Notes under the pieces: generated by a model
The model's input: only the letters and a program-made list of their open reading frames with translations
Told to the model about the DNA's origin: nothing
Database searches by the model: none
Origin: Selaginella moellendorffii
Taxonomy: Eukaryota > Plantae > Lycopodiophyta
Direction: 5' to 3'
DNA length: 64,000 nucleotides
Assembly: GCF_000143415.4 (NCBI RefSeq)
Contig: NW_003314344.1
Coordinates: 318,336 to 382,335 of the forward strand
Shown: positions 37,201-49,474 of the stretch, piece after piece
Position numbering within the stretch: the stretch's first letter is position 1
Layout of the letters: every line of letters begins with the position of its first letter
Position numbers and translations under genes: made by a program

Positions 37201-40013
37201 TTTGCGTAAGGCTGCACTGCAAACACTTGCGACTGTCTACAAAATAATGGGTATGTGTCATATTCTTTGCTTGCTTTCGAAGGTTTCATCTTTTGTGTCA
37301 TGTAGGCGATGACGTCTGGAGATATTTAGGAAAGTTGTCGGACGCACAGAAGAGCATGATTGATGATAAGTTCAAGTGGAAGGCCCGTGAAATGGACAAG
37401 AGGAGAGAGGGAAAACCGGGAGAAACAAGGGCTGCCTTACGGCGTTCAGTTCGTGAGAATGGGTATACCTTTATACTTTTTAATGTGCGCCTGCTCACAT
37501 TTTCCGTTCAGGAACGATGCTGTTGAACAAAGTGGGGAGGGCACGTCAAGACCCATCACTGCACCACCTGTACTTCTAAGGTCAGCAAGAAAATATTCTC
37601 ATTTATTGACATTTCTGTTGTTGTAGGGGTAACGAACACTTCGAATTGGCATCCGCCTCGCCCGCTGGTCCTTCAGATTGGAGCGAGGCTCTGGACACGA
37701 TAGAATTTGGTTCATCACCAGAGCAGGTAAGTCTTCAATGAATGTTAACTTATAAGTACACGCATGGTTTGCTCAGGTTGTGGAAGGGATGAAGCTCATT
37801 TGCCACGAGCTAAGTCAAATGGCTGCCGATATGGAAAGCAGCTTGACAGATGATTTTGCAAAAGACGCAGATCGTCTTGTGCGAATTTTAACGTTGAAAG
37901 TAACTACGACGTTCAACATGGGACTTGGTGGTGCCTCCTCAAGGTCTTGCAAATACGTGTTAAACACGCTAATGCAGGTATGTTGCACATGCGTCCTACG
38001 TGCTGTACTAACATTATTATTTTGTCCTAGACATTTCAACTTAAAAAGCTTGCTCACGGCGTAAGAGAAGCAACCTTGCATAGTCTGATTACAGAACTTC
38101 TTCTGTGGTTACTGGATGAAAGAGTTCCATTAATGGACGACGGCAGCCAGCTCTTGAAAGCGCTAAATGTTCTAATGCTCAAAATACTGGTATGGTCGTT
38201 GCTGTAGCATCATGAATTTAACCTTGTGTGTGCCTCTGCAGGAAAATGCTGGTCGCACATCCGCATTCGTTGTGTTGATACGTCTTCTACGGCCTTTAGA
38301 ATCTAGATGGCCTGGTGTAGCATCCGAAGAAGCAGCGGCTACGAGAGGGCAAAAGTTTTCAGATCTTGTCGTAAAATGCTTGATCAAATTGACAAAGGTA
38401 TACTCGAATATTTTATATCTTTACTGAGTTGGATTGTCAGGTCCTTGGCTCAACTATTTTTGAGGTGGACCTTGATCGCCTACTGCAAAGTATTCATGAG
38501 TATCTTCAAGAGCTAGGGATGGAGGAAATACGGAGACGGTAGTATACATGTTTTTAGTTTTCTCGTTCGAACTTTTATCATTGCAGAGCCGGAGCCGATG
38601 ATAAGCCTCTGCGGATGGTGAAGACTGTTCTTCACGAACTAGTAAAGCTTCGTGGAACAGCCATTAAGGGTCACCTTTCCATGGTGCCAATCGACACAGA
38701 ACCTCAACCTATCATTCTTGCTTATATTGATCTCAATCTCCAAGTAAGCTTGCTTGTGGTTGTTGTATAGTTTTCTTACAATCTGTTACAGACATTAGCG
38801 GCTGCGCGAATGCTCACTCCAACTGGTCCAACTGGCCAAACACATTGGGTTGATTCATCGTCAAATGGGCCGGCTTCTCCTGCTGGTCATACGGCTGAGG
38901 CACAATTGAAAGTAAGCAGAGTGCGATTGCACGAGGAGAGTGCACGACATCCTACGTAAATTTCTCTAGCTCTGTGCATAATAGAACTTACATCAGCGAA
39001 GCCCGTTCTCTTTCCAGTTTCATCCGCTGATCGGTACTTTCGTTTTTGTTTGCACAGCAAGAGTTAGCAGCGGTTTTTAAGAAGATTGGAGACAAGCAAA
39101 CGTGCACGATTGGGTTGTACGAGTTGTATCGTATAACTCAGTTATATCCTCAGGTATAACCTTCGAATTCATATGGGGTAACGCTAACTCGCTTGTTACT
39201 CTGTCCAGGTGGACATTTTCTCTCAGCTGCAAAATGCTAGCGAGGCGTTTAGAACGTACATAAGAAATGGTTTAGCACAGGTAAGAATGTTGTCGTTCGT
39301 TCTCTCGAGTTCTGAGCCTTGTATATTTCTCTCTTGCCAAGATGGAGAAGAGTGTTGCCGCGGGAAGAGCACCAACAAGCATTGCTATGGTCACTCCACC
39401 CCCGGCATCGCCTCCAAGCCACAGCTCGCCAAAGATGGTATCGTCGGTTGCGCCGATCAGCAGCCGTGTCCAGCCTCTTGGGCTGGATAACAACGTAAAC
39501 TACAACTACAGGGAGGAAGTAGAAGCTCCAGCCGAATCAGACACAGCAGAGCTGAAAAAGATGGTGTTCATAAACACGCCAAAGAGTTACGAGAGTCCCC
39601 TCCCGTCAGGTACTCCCACTTTCTCGTTTTATTGATTCTAGAAACCTTTGTCTTCTTTCATACTTCCAGGCGATATCCAACCGGTGTCTACTCCAAGCTC
39701 TGGAACTTTGGACGCCATCAGGGAACGGATGCGAAGCATTCAGGCCGCGGCCACGGCTGCTGTTGGAGCCGGCTCCATTCCTTCTCCGACCGCCGCGGCA
39801 ATCACGATCTCGAATGGCTCCTCCCCATCGTTTAGCCGAGGCTATAGCTCGGAAGTGTTGGTCTCCCAGCAGCAGCAACAGCAACAACATGAAGTAGCAG
39901 CCGAGAGTGGAGAAGTATCGACGGCAGTGGTGGCGGTGGACGACAGTGCTCTCTCGGGATTGCAAGCCAGGATGGAGAGGCTGAAAAGTGGAGGAGCTAT
40001 GGATTCAGCATAG
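31223..40013 (+). CDS. MOR1: MOR1/GEM1 XMAP215-family TOG microtubule polymerase, dozens of short introns
   Basis: MSEDEKLLKEAKKLPWEDRLTHKNWKVRN start, KWSERRDAV, WKERLE, GTLDAIRERMRS, LSGLQARMERLKSG end. Confidence 0.96.
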
Positions 40014-40300
40014 TTCTAGGAGAGCGATGGAAAGAACCAAGCGAAGAACACGAAGAACACAAAGAAGAAACGAATCACGAGCTTGGCATCAAGAAGACTT
40101 CTCACTCCATAGCTTGAGCTTTGAGCTTCTAAGCTGTACATACTCTACCACCAATATCGAATCGATTCGAATATTCTGCGTTGTTTAAATATTTTAGGGC
40201 TAAAAGTTGAGTAATTATTAATCTCGAATATTTTATGAGATTAATTTTATCTGGAGAATATTTATTAGGGTAGAACATCTTGTAAAAAAAGTGGATTAGA

Positions 40301-40324
40301 AGCAACGGTCCATTCCAACGGTCC
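40301..40324 (+). promoter_or_regulatory. Tandem MSA-like (CAACGG) elements
   Basis: AGCAACGGTCC and TCCAACGGTCC, 13 bp apart, about 120 bp upstream of the ATG at 40444. Confidence 0.55.
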
Positions 40325-40443
40325 CTCGATTTTAGGTCGTTTAGAACAAGGCTCCATCGCTGGCAAAATCTTGGAGCTAGGTTTCTAGCGCTAGCTTCTC
40401 TTGCGATTCGCGATTCCAAGCACGCCGTCGACTCTCCTCTTCC

Positions 40444-41318
40444 ATGGATCCACACCCGCGCCAGGCAAACGCAGGCGATTCCTCCACTCCAGCGCTCGCG
40501 AGGAAGCCCCCGGCTTGCGGCGGCGGTAGCAGCAGCGCGACGAAGATCAAGAAGGGCCCGCGGCGGAGAGTGCTCGCGGATCTCACCAACAGCGACTCGC
40601 CGATCACTGGCCTCGCTCCTCGCTTCCCCGCGGCAGCGCCGCTGTGTGATTGTTCTTCCCCTGGAACGCCAGGAACGCCGGGGACGCCAGGCGCTGGCGA
40701 GGATCTCTTGAGGTCTCAGGTAACTCTCCTCCTCCAGCAAGTCCAGTGCGATGCGCCGAAAGGCCCTCTCTTTGGATTCCATCGCCTTGGCTGCCTTTCG
40801 CCCGGAATGCTCGTTGGCCCGACTCCGGCCAACACTCCAGCGGTGGTGGCGGCGACGCAACCATCCACGCCAGTGACTGCCGGGATGCCATCGTCGAGGC
40901 TGGGATTGCCCAGCGGGGGACTTCGTGCTCTTGGGTCTCCACCGGAGAAGGATGGAGCGATCGAGGAAGGAAGGATCCAGCGAACAATCTCCGAGATCAG
41001 CAAGATCACAATCGCAGAGGTGGGCTCTTCTTTCCGATTGGTTTTTCGCTGGATCTCTTCGTTTTCTTGCGTGTCTAGACGGTGGTTTCCGAGAGGCACC
41101 TCAGCCTGGCCGATCGATTCATCACCAGGTCCCTCAACTTCGATTCGCTGCTGGACGATGCCTTGTCATCTGACAACGTTGCTGGAGACGCTGATACCGC
41201 TTCCCAGAGGTAAACTTCTGAGACTCGCAAGGAAGAAATCTTCACACCATCTCTCTCTCTCTCTCATTTGCAATAACTCGTCACCAACAGGACCAGAGAG
41301 TTTACTCCACGCAAATAA
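40444..41318 (+). CDS. Conserved plant protein of unknown function with D-box-like RxxLxDLTN and many S/T-P sites (3' end uncertain: 41213 or 41318)
   Basis: RRVLADLTNSDSPITGL, TPGAGEDLLRSQVTLLLQQV, PTPANTP, ITRSLNFD; introns at about 41020-41078 and possibly 41210-41290. Confidence 0.7.
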
Positions 41319-41348
41319 AACTCGCATTCTTTGCAATCGAATCGAATT

Positions 41349-42491
41349 CTATCCATGGCTTTCTGCATCCACGGCGCACACTGAGCCAAAGCCCGAGAAC
41401 TGCTGGCCGGAATAGCGACCACTAGTCGGATAAACGAAAGAATCGCCATCGCTAAAGCTTATAACCATAGAACCAGTGAAGTTAGTGAGTGTGATACCTC
41501 TTCCCAGATACAAGGAGATTGGGCCCATGCAAATATCCCATCCTCTCGTCCAGACCAAGGTCGTGCTCTTTCGATCCTGGAGCGAGGACGTAATCGTGTC
41601 CGTCCAAGTCCAGTACGGGATCCCGTCAAGCGAGGACATCCTCACCGTTGGAATACGAGTGTGCGTGGTCGTCCATATGAAATCGTCAACGCCGAGGGAG
41701 TCCACGGTCCACGTTGACTCGATAGTCACCTCCCTCTCAAGCCTGTGACAATTCGGGCGAGCTTGACTTTGCTAGACTTGACACCGGCTTACCGCGATGG
41801 AGGATCTGGGGTCTCGAGGATGGTTTCGAGATATCCTGGGCTGGCGTAGATCACGTCTTGGAGCTGGGCAGCGCTCCAGTTCTTGAGGAAGAAGATGGCG
41901 AAAGAGTTGACGTCGTGGGTGTCTCCACCAGTTCCTCCTGTTGTAAACGCGGCCCCGACGATCACGCCCGAGTGGACTGGAGGAGTGATTTGCTGCGTGA
42001 GGCCTCCCGGGAGATTTCCGCAAGAGAAGAATCGGTTGAAGTTTGTTCGAAACTCTATCCAGCCCAGTCTATTCCCTGGAATGATCCACAGGATCAGCGG
42101 AAAAGTTATATGAGCTTGAGATTTCTCGCTTACCCCAGTCGTTTTGACGATTGCTGTGCATCATGAGGTAGACGATGGTCTCGCCACGCTGGAACTCAAA
42201 CTCCTGGACCGGCAACGGTCCTCGTTCCTTCGATCTTCCCACTTGAATGAAGGAGCCATCGATCGACCAGAGAGCTATCGATTTTATGCAAGACTTTGCT
42301 CGCCAGACCATGATCCTGTTGATGAATTTGCCTGGAGAGACGAGGAACTGGCCATAGTCTCCGAGATCCGGCGAGCCGACCATGATGATTCCCGAGCCGA
42401 TGGTGTGATCTGGAGCGGCGATGTTGCGGCTCGATGAGGAGATCGTCAGCATCGTTTGGAGAAGCACGAGAGCCAGCAACATCTCTTTCAT
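41349..42491 (-). CDS. Secreted jacalin + aerolysin-type pore-forming-like protein (natterin-like/Dln1 family); exons 42491-42134, 42075-41793, 41742-41349
   Basis: Signal peptide; RIMVWRAKSCIKSIALW, QEFEFQRGETI, GNRLGWIEFRTN, SGVIVG..DVNSFAIFFL, VTIESTW, FTGSMVISFSDGDSFVYPTSGRYSG; splice phases are consistent. Confidence 0.75.
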
Positions 42492-42556
42492 GATCTTTTG
42501 CTCCAGGAAACCTTCTCAGCGCTGAAATGTAGGAGACTATATTTTAAAGAACTTAC

Positions 42557-42705
42557 GATGGCAACACACTTGCCACAGCGACTTCTTTGGAACTAAGTTC
42601 ATCGAAAAGAAAACATTGCAAAGGGGCATGCGTTGAGAATGACAATGTACATGTGCAAGAAAAATACTTACAGCATGAAAGAATTTATGTGCAAAACTTT
42701 AGTCT
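42557..42705 (-). pseudogene. Degenerate duplicate of the MRS2 GMN exon and adjacent intron (copy of about 44730-44890)
   Basis: ttggaactaagttcat..cgaaaagaa..cattgc..gcatgcgttgag..tacttacag matches the MRS2 gene. Confidence 0.75.
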
Positions 42706-44531
42706 GATCATTTGTTACTATCGTGCATTTTTTACCATGACCTCGAAATCTTCCACACTCCAAACGTAAGGATCGATAAAGAGGAAGCGGTAAGGTTGAG
42801 ACTTCAGTTCCTCAGTTGGAGTTTCAGCCCTTCATTTCGTTCTCAACCTTCAGTCCTTCTGTGAGTCCTTCAGTTGGAGTTTGAGCTTTCTCTCTTTTTC
42901 TATTTCTTGCTCCAAGCTGTGTTGGATCTAGAGGCCAGAAGTGTGGAATTCGCCCAGGATCACTGTCTGACTTGCAATCCACATAATCAGCTGAAAATCA
43001 TCTAATTTGTATCAGCTCTAAACACTTTTTAGTTTTTTAATGTTAGTATCAATTGGATTAATAAATATATTAACAGGAATATTTCTAATTCGTTTGTAAT
43101 CAAATATATTCTTCTTCTCTTACAAAGTAAGAACAAGTCAATTAATGAGGACACTTATCCCATCAAAGACTTAACTGGAGATGAGATTTAAGAATTATAC
43201 TTTTTTGTGCTCCATTGCAAAGAAAGTTTACCATAGCAAAGCATCTATGGCATGATTCATCTATCTGTTAGAGATTTCCATTTGAGGAAAAGCCAGGGAG
43301 CATAATGTTCTGTGCCTAGCTTTTGCGGTAACCTTTGCATAGATCCATGGTGAGCTGTGACGCAAGATAAAGACCTTTGCATTGATTGTTCACTTGTGCT
43401 GTAATTCTTTTTTCTGATGAGAGCTGCTAGCAATGATAAAAGGGACTGTGATGATTTCTGGAGTCTGGACAATCAAGACATAAGGTCAAGCTTCTAAAAT
43501 TTTTAGTTTTCTTCCCGTTTCATCTTCAGTTCAATTAGCACCAACTTGCTATTTCTTGCCACTCCATATGACCTTCGTCTCCAACTCCATCTACATCAAT
43601 GGACCTCACCAAGTTCTATATCTTATCTTCGCAGATACTTAGCTTTCGATACCTTTGTCCATTTTACAACTTGTATAATTCTCTTGCATTTTGCCTTCTT
43701 TGAGGACAAGTGTCTCCGTATGCTTTTGGCTACAATCTAGCTTTATAGTTAACTGAGTCAGTACGTTTCTGCAAGTCTGTGACAGCCTCGATGATCCTGG
43801 CAGAATGTTTTGCAGCGAATTCGCAGTGTTGGAAGAAGAAAAAGGGCAATCCTTGATGTTGGTTTTTTTTTTCTCATAGTTCTCTCTGACTTCTTTTTTC
43901 GTCCAAAGGAGCTCTTCCGAGACTCAATTGACTTTTTCCGACGTTGATCCGGCCAAAACTGAAGGAAAACTGAAGCTTTTCGTGAATTCGTACTGCGTGC
44001 TAGGAGAAGGCCGCCGAGATGGTAATGCAGTGAAATGTAGCTTATATCCTGAGTTTCTGTTTCTTCCAGGTAACCATGTCGATTGCAAGTGAAACAACGG
44101 TCATGTTGGAGACAGGCTTTATAGAACGATTCCAACGTGATAACGATGCCACACTTGTCGCCTAGATCCAGCGAGCTACAACCATACGTCTTCCCTCTGG
44201 TGAGAGAGTCTCTCAGCTGGAGTTTGAGCTTTCTCTCTCTTGTTTTTTTCTTTGGCTCGAAGCTGGACTCATCAGTGTTTGCTCTGATCAACTGGCTTCT
44301 TTGGAAGCGCTGTTTCACGCCAAAGACAAGGGCCTTGATCATGCTCCTGGAGTCTCTTGTCCAGGAGCCCATAGATGTCGAATAGGTTCCCCACCTGGCC
44401 TGCGCGCTTGCCCGCAAAATCTCGCCCACGCTAGGTACCTTTCCAAAGAGCTTACCATCGTATGCCACCTTCCAGCATTGGTACAATTGAACTGATTGGC
44501 ACCCCACCTTTTCAAATTGTTTGGTTTTTTA

Positions 44532-45853
44532 TTAGTAATAATGTTCATGTAAACTCTTTCTTTTGAAGATCAAAAGTCCATGCTTCCTGAGGAAAGAGAT
44601 CACGATAACCAGGAACAAACTTACGCAGAGAAAGGACGATGCTATGACCACCTTATTAAGAGCACGGAAAGAATTGAGACGTGAGAAGTTTAGAAACTGG
44701 TCAGGAGCTTACCAAGTTGAAGAACTCAGGATGACAACATATTTGCCACCTTTTTGGAACTAAGTTCATTCCGAAGAAACTAGCGATCATCGAAAAGAAG
44801 GACATTGCGAGGACGCATGCGTTGAGGATGAGCCCAATCTACAAGAAACGTACTTACAGAGTGAAGGAATTGCTATGCAAAAATTTAGACCTGTATGAGA
44901 CCATTTCGGCGATTGACAATCTGTGCGAGAGTTGCATGACGCTTTAGAAATTATTACAACGAAATCAAACCTGTATTTTGATGTGTTTTTCAGTGTCGAT
45001 TACGTGTTCACTTAGCTGTGTAAGAAGTACTAAGAAGAATATAATCAAGACACTTAACTATTTACCGTTTTAAGCTTCGTTATCATCCCCTCAACTTGCA
45101 TAAAATGCCACTGAAGAACATATAAGTTCGCAAGAAAATAAAATTTTACCTCCAAAACCTCTTCATGTGCTCCCGGAAAAAAATAATTATCATCGTCCTC
45201 TTTTAAAAGGTCCTCGAGCTCCCCATTCACCTGAAAGGCCCCAGGATTAATCCAAACTTAAGTTAATACTTTATTCGCAACCTTTTGAAGGCGAGCAACA
45301 AGCCCAGCAACTCCACCTTTGAGGGTTCGCACTCGCTTCAAGTTATATCTATTGATCTGCCAAGAACAAGATAAAAACAAACGTGACAATCTCCACTCAT
45401 TACCTTGGCAAGGAGGTCATCCAAGGCTGAGAATCCATGAATTTCTAGCTCCTCTACTTGGGCACCAAGGAACTTGTTAATGGATTCCAATGCCACTTTC
45501 AGTGCCTCAATCTCAAACTCGTTTTCTTTGAGCCTTTGTCTAAGCTCCTCTATAACAGGAACCACATCCACATTGTTGGGATTCCTTACTAACACTTCAT
45601 TCCTCGTGATTATGGCTTTAATATGCTACAGAATCAGCAATTAGGAAGCAAAATATAGCATAATAATAAGTACCTCAAGGTTGAGGACAATGGCTCGCTC
45701 CCGGATTAGAATCGTGGAAGGATTGGAGAGTAATGGATCCAAAATTCGCAGGTCCCGTGCGTGTATTCCCGTTCGCTGAATGATGCTTGCCCTTTCCAGC
45801 TGCAAGAACTCGTGCTTGTCCACCGCCAAGGCGCACCAGAGCTTCGAATCCAT
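44532..45853 (-). CDS. MRS2: MRS2/CorA-type Mg2+ transporter, compact and divergent, 9 exons
   Basis: GIHARDLRILDPLLSNPSTILIRERAIVLNLE|HIKAIIT, FEIEAL..ALE, DTE, RN.LIQ, FFGMNL and two TM helices; exons join in frame. Confidence 0.85.
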
Positions 45854-46646
45854 ATAGGAAGCAAGAACACGGCATATTCACGAGGTATCTAGGGTACAAA
45901 AGCACAAAGGTGGTGGATATATGTACAGCCACCACGCATGTCATGCTTAAAGAACAAAAACTGTTGCAATGCACTATGTTCAGATCAGCTCACGAACTCC
46001 ACATTTTGAAGATCACCAGAGGAGATTGATGATCACAAAGAAATCATACTCCTCGCTGATATCTATAGCAATCCGAGTGATCAAGTTCTCCAAGATCAAA
46101 ACATTCGGAACAAGTTTGACGGTGGAGCCCTCGATGGACTCCACCACCTGGAAGCGGGAAAGGGTTCCTCGCGTATGATTATCTCAGCATGGGACGATCA
46201 ATCTCCATGGCCAGAATCCTTTTGGCACAGAGAGTTTCGATGCGCCAAAGGCTGGCGATTACTATGTTTTCCTTTTAAAAGAGTTCAAATACCCGCCAAA
46301 AAGTTATTAGGGTTCATGACTAGGGTTTATCGCAAGTAGGGCGCTGGGTGAAGAATGCGTTGATTTGTGTCGCGTTCTTTCGATTTGCAGCTGGCGTTTA
46401 AGCTCTCCGGCCTGGTAAGTGTGGCGCCGATCGTTAATCTTCCTTTGAATGGTCCACCGCAAATATTTCGAGCGGGATTTTGGATCAGGGACCGAAATTA
46501 CGAGGTTTTTTGTTCTTTCTTCCCTGGTATTTGCGATTTTGCTTTCTTTCTTTTCATGCGACTGTTCCTTCCATTTGCAGCGAACTGAATGATGCCGGCT
46601 ATGGCATGCGCTCGAAAGGCGTAAAACTCATTTGTTTTTTGGCTCG

Positions 46647-49449
46647 ATGCAAATGAGCGAGGAGCGGCTATGGCGGAAGTTCTTTGAAGATCCTTCACTC
46701 TGGTGGGACAACAGAAGGAACAAGGTATGGACGGAATTTTTTTTTTCTCTTCCATTTTACTTAGCTCGAACTTAGATTTGGCGGTTTGCTGCAGAGGAGC
46801 CCGAGCTATCCAGATTTCAAGCATGCATCCACTGGAGAATGCCTGTGGATTCACTCACGGCTCTGTCCATCCTGGGTGTCTACCAAGCTCCAGCGGCTCG
46901 ACGAACGTCCCACTTTTCGATCCACTTCCGATACAACAAAATCAAGAACAGCAACGGGAGAGAAGGAAAGGACAGAGCCGCTACGAATCTACAACAGGTT
47001 TCGAGAGCTGGGAATAAAGCCCAGAGTCTCCGTGGTTTTGGGTGCTCTCAAGGCCTGTAGTAGCTCCAGGGATTTAGAGACAGGGAGGAAAATCCACGCC
47101 ACTGTGCTGGAGAATGGTGACTGCCACAACATCTTCGTTGCTAGCTCGCTGGTGGACATGTACGCCAAGTGTGGAAGCCTGGTGGATGCTCGACGTGTTT
47201 TTGACAGCATGAAGCAGCGAAACGTGGTGCCTTGGAACTGTTTGATCCTCGGCTATGCGGAGAGTGGAGAGGGAAAAACAGCGCTAGAGATTTACTCCCG
47301 GATGCTTGACGAGCAACGGACAGGCGGCTGTTCTCCAAACTATGTCACCTTTCTCGCTGCGGTGAAGGCTTGTTCCAGCTTGGCAGCTGCGAGAGAAGGG
47401 GGGAAGAACCAAAAGGTGGCAGATTGCTTGGACAAGGGCCGTGCTGTTCACTATAGAGCGGTCGAGGGTGATGGAGAGCTCCATTTGTTTCTCGCCAACG
47501 CTATTGTGGACATGTATTCCAAGTGTGGGAGCATGGTCGAAGCACGCCAAGTTTTTGACGGCATCAAACATCGCAGCATTGTCTCGTGGAATACGATCAT
47601 CCTGGGATATGCCGAGAGTGGCGAGGGACAGATTGCTTTGGACCTCTTCCAGCAAATGCTACACGAAGAGGGACGAGGCTGCGGTACAAACTACGTGACT
47701 TATCTCGCGGTGCTCAAGGCCTGCATTGCTTGGGCAGGCAAGGAACAAGGTGTGCTTGTCCAGGGGAAGCTCGTCAAGCTCGAATGCTTAAACAAAGCGC
47801 GAGCTTTTCACTCACAGGCTTCCAGGGGCGGTCATCTCTCACACGAGTTTGTGGCGAGTGCTCTGCTGGACTTATATGCCAAGTGCGGTAGCATGGAAGA
47901 CGCCAGCAAAGTGTTCGGAAGCATTCCTCGCAGCGTTGTCACCTGGACGTCGATGATTGCGGGTTATGCCGAGACTGGCGACAGTGAGCAGGCATTCAAG
48001 CTCTTCCAGCAAATGCAAGACGAAGGTTTCACGCCAGATGCTGTGACTTTCGTCGCTACACTCAAGGCCTGTATCAAGCTCGCCGAGAAAGAGGACCTCG
48101 CCGGGAAGACAGAGTGTCTAGAACGCGGCAGAAAACTCCACATGCAAATTTCTCAGCACTGGAGTGACAACGATCTGCCAGTGTTTGTCGCCAACGCGCT
48201 GGTGGATATGTATTCCAAAGGTGGCAGCTTGGCTGAAGCACTGAAAAGTTTCGAGAGAATTCGGCATAAGAGCGTGGTGTCCTGGACCGCGATTATCCTG
48301 GGAAATGCTGAAAGTGGCAATCCAGAGCTAGCTCTCGAGCTTTACAGTCGAATGGAGAACGAAGGCCGTGTTGAAGCGGATGGAGTGACCATTGTGGCTG
48401 CTCTCAAGGCCTGTGCTCTTCTAGCCGCGAGAGAAGTCGATGGAAAAGATCTTAAAGTGGAGTGCCTGAGGAAAGGCCGAGCGATTCACAGTCGAGCAGC
48501 GAGAGATGGTCACGACCGTTGCAGCTACGTCGCCAATAGCCTGATCGATATGTATGCGAACTGTGGGGGCATGGTGGACGCTCACAAGGTTTTTAGCAGC
48601 ATGGACGAGGACGCTCGCTGTGTGGTTTCGTGGAACTGCCTCATTCTGGGATACGTCGAGAATGGCGCGCCCCAGCTCGCTCTAGAACTCTACTCACAGA
48701 TGAAACAACGAGGCGTTCAACCAGTGGCCATCACTTTTGTCGCTGCGCTTAAAGCTTGTGGAGGTTTGGGATCTCTAGAAGCTGGGATTGAGCTCGAGAA
48801 GGAGATCAGAGAGGCTGGACTCCAGGACCAGATAGTGATCGTCAACTCCTTGGTGGATCTTTACGGGAAGTGTGGCAGCATGGTCGATGCTCAACGAGTT
48901 TTCGACGAGGCTAGAGGAAGACGAGACTTGGTAACTTGGAACACTCTCATCGATGGATATAGTCGTCAAGGGGACTGCGAGACGGTGCTCACTTTGTTCG
49001 AGGGACTCCAAAGAGAAAGACTAACGCCAGACGAGCTTACTTTCCTATCGGTTCTCACGGCGTGCAGCCATGCTGGCTCGATCGACAAAGGCATGGAGTA
49101 CTTCCAGGCGATGGCTTCTCCAAAGTACGGCGTGGTTCCAGGAATCAAGCACTACACTTGCGTCATCGATCTCTTGAGCCGGGCGAACCGACTGAGCGAT
49201 GCAGTGGCGATGGTGAAAAGCATGCCTCTGGAGCCAAACGCTATCATCTGGATGACTTTGCTGGGGGCTGCTCGAGAGTGGAACAACGTAGAAGCTGGAA
49301 GGCTGGCTTTCGAGGCTGTGATGAAGCTGGAGAAGAATGGAGCAGCGTGTGCTCTCATGGCGAGTATCTATGCTGGTGCTGGGATGCTGGAGGAAAGGTG
49401 GAAAATGGAGGAAGAAATGGGAGCTCTCCGGCGACTTAAGGCACCTTAA
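46647..49449 (+). CDS. OSB-type PDF motif fused to a PLS-class PPR array with E domain (exons 46647-46724, 46795-49449)
   Basis: LWRKFFEDPSLWWDNRRNK|RSPSYPDFKHASTGECLWI..PSWV followed in frame by about 800 aa of PLS repeats and HYTCVIDLLSRA..WMTLLGAA. Confidence 0.85.
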
Positions 49450-49474
49450 GGGGGATTACATTAACTTTAAGTTG

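Noticed and set aside
45338-45853. MRS2 as a pseudogene fragment, as the ORF track suggests
   Set aside because: Further small exons reconstruct an uninterrupted frame through GMN to a stop at 44532.
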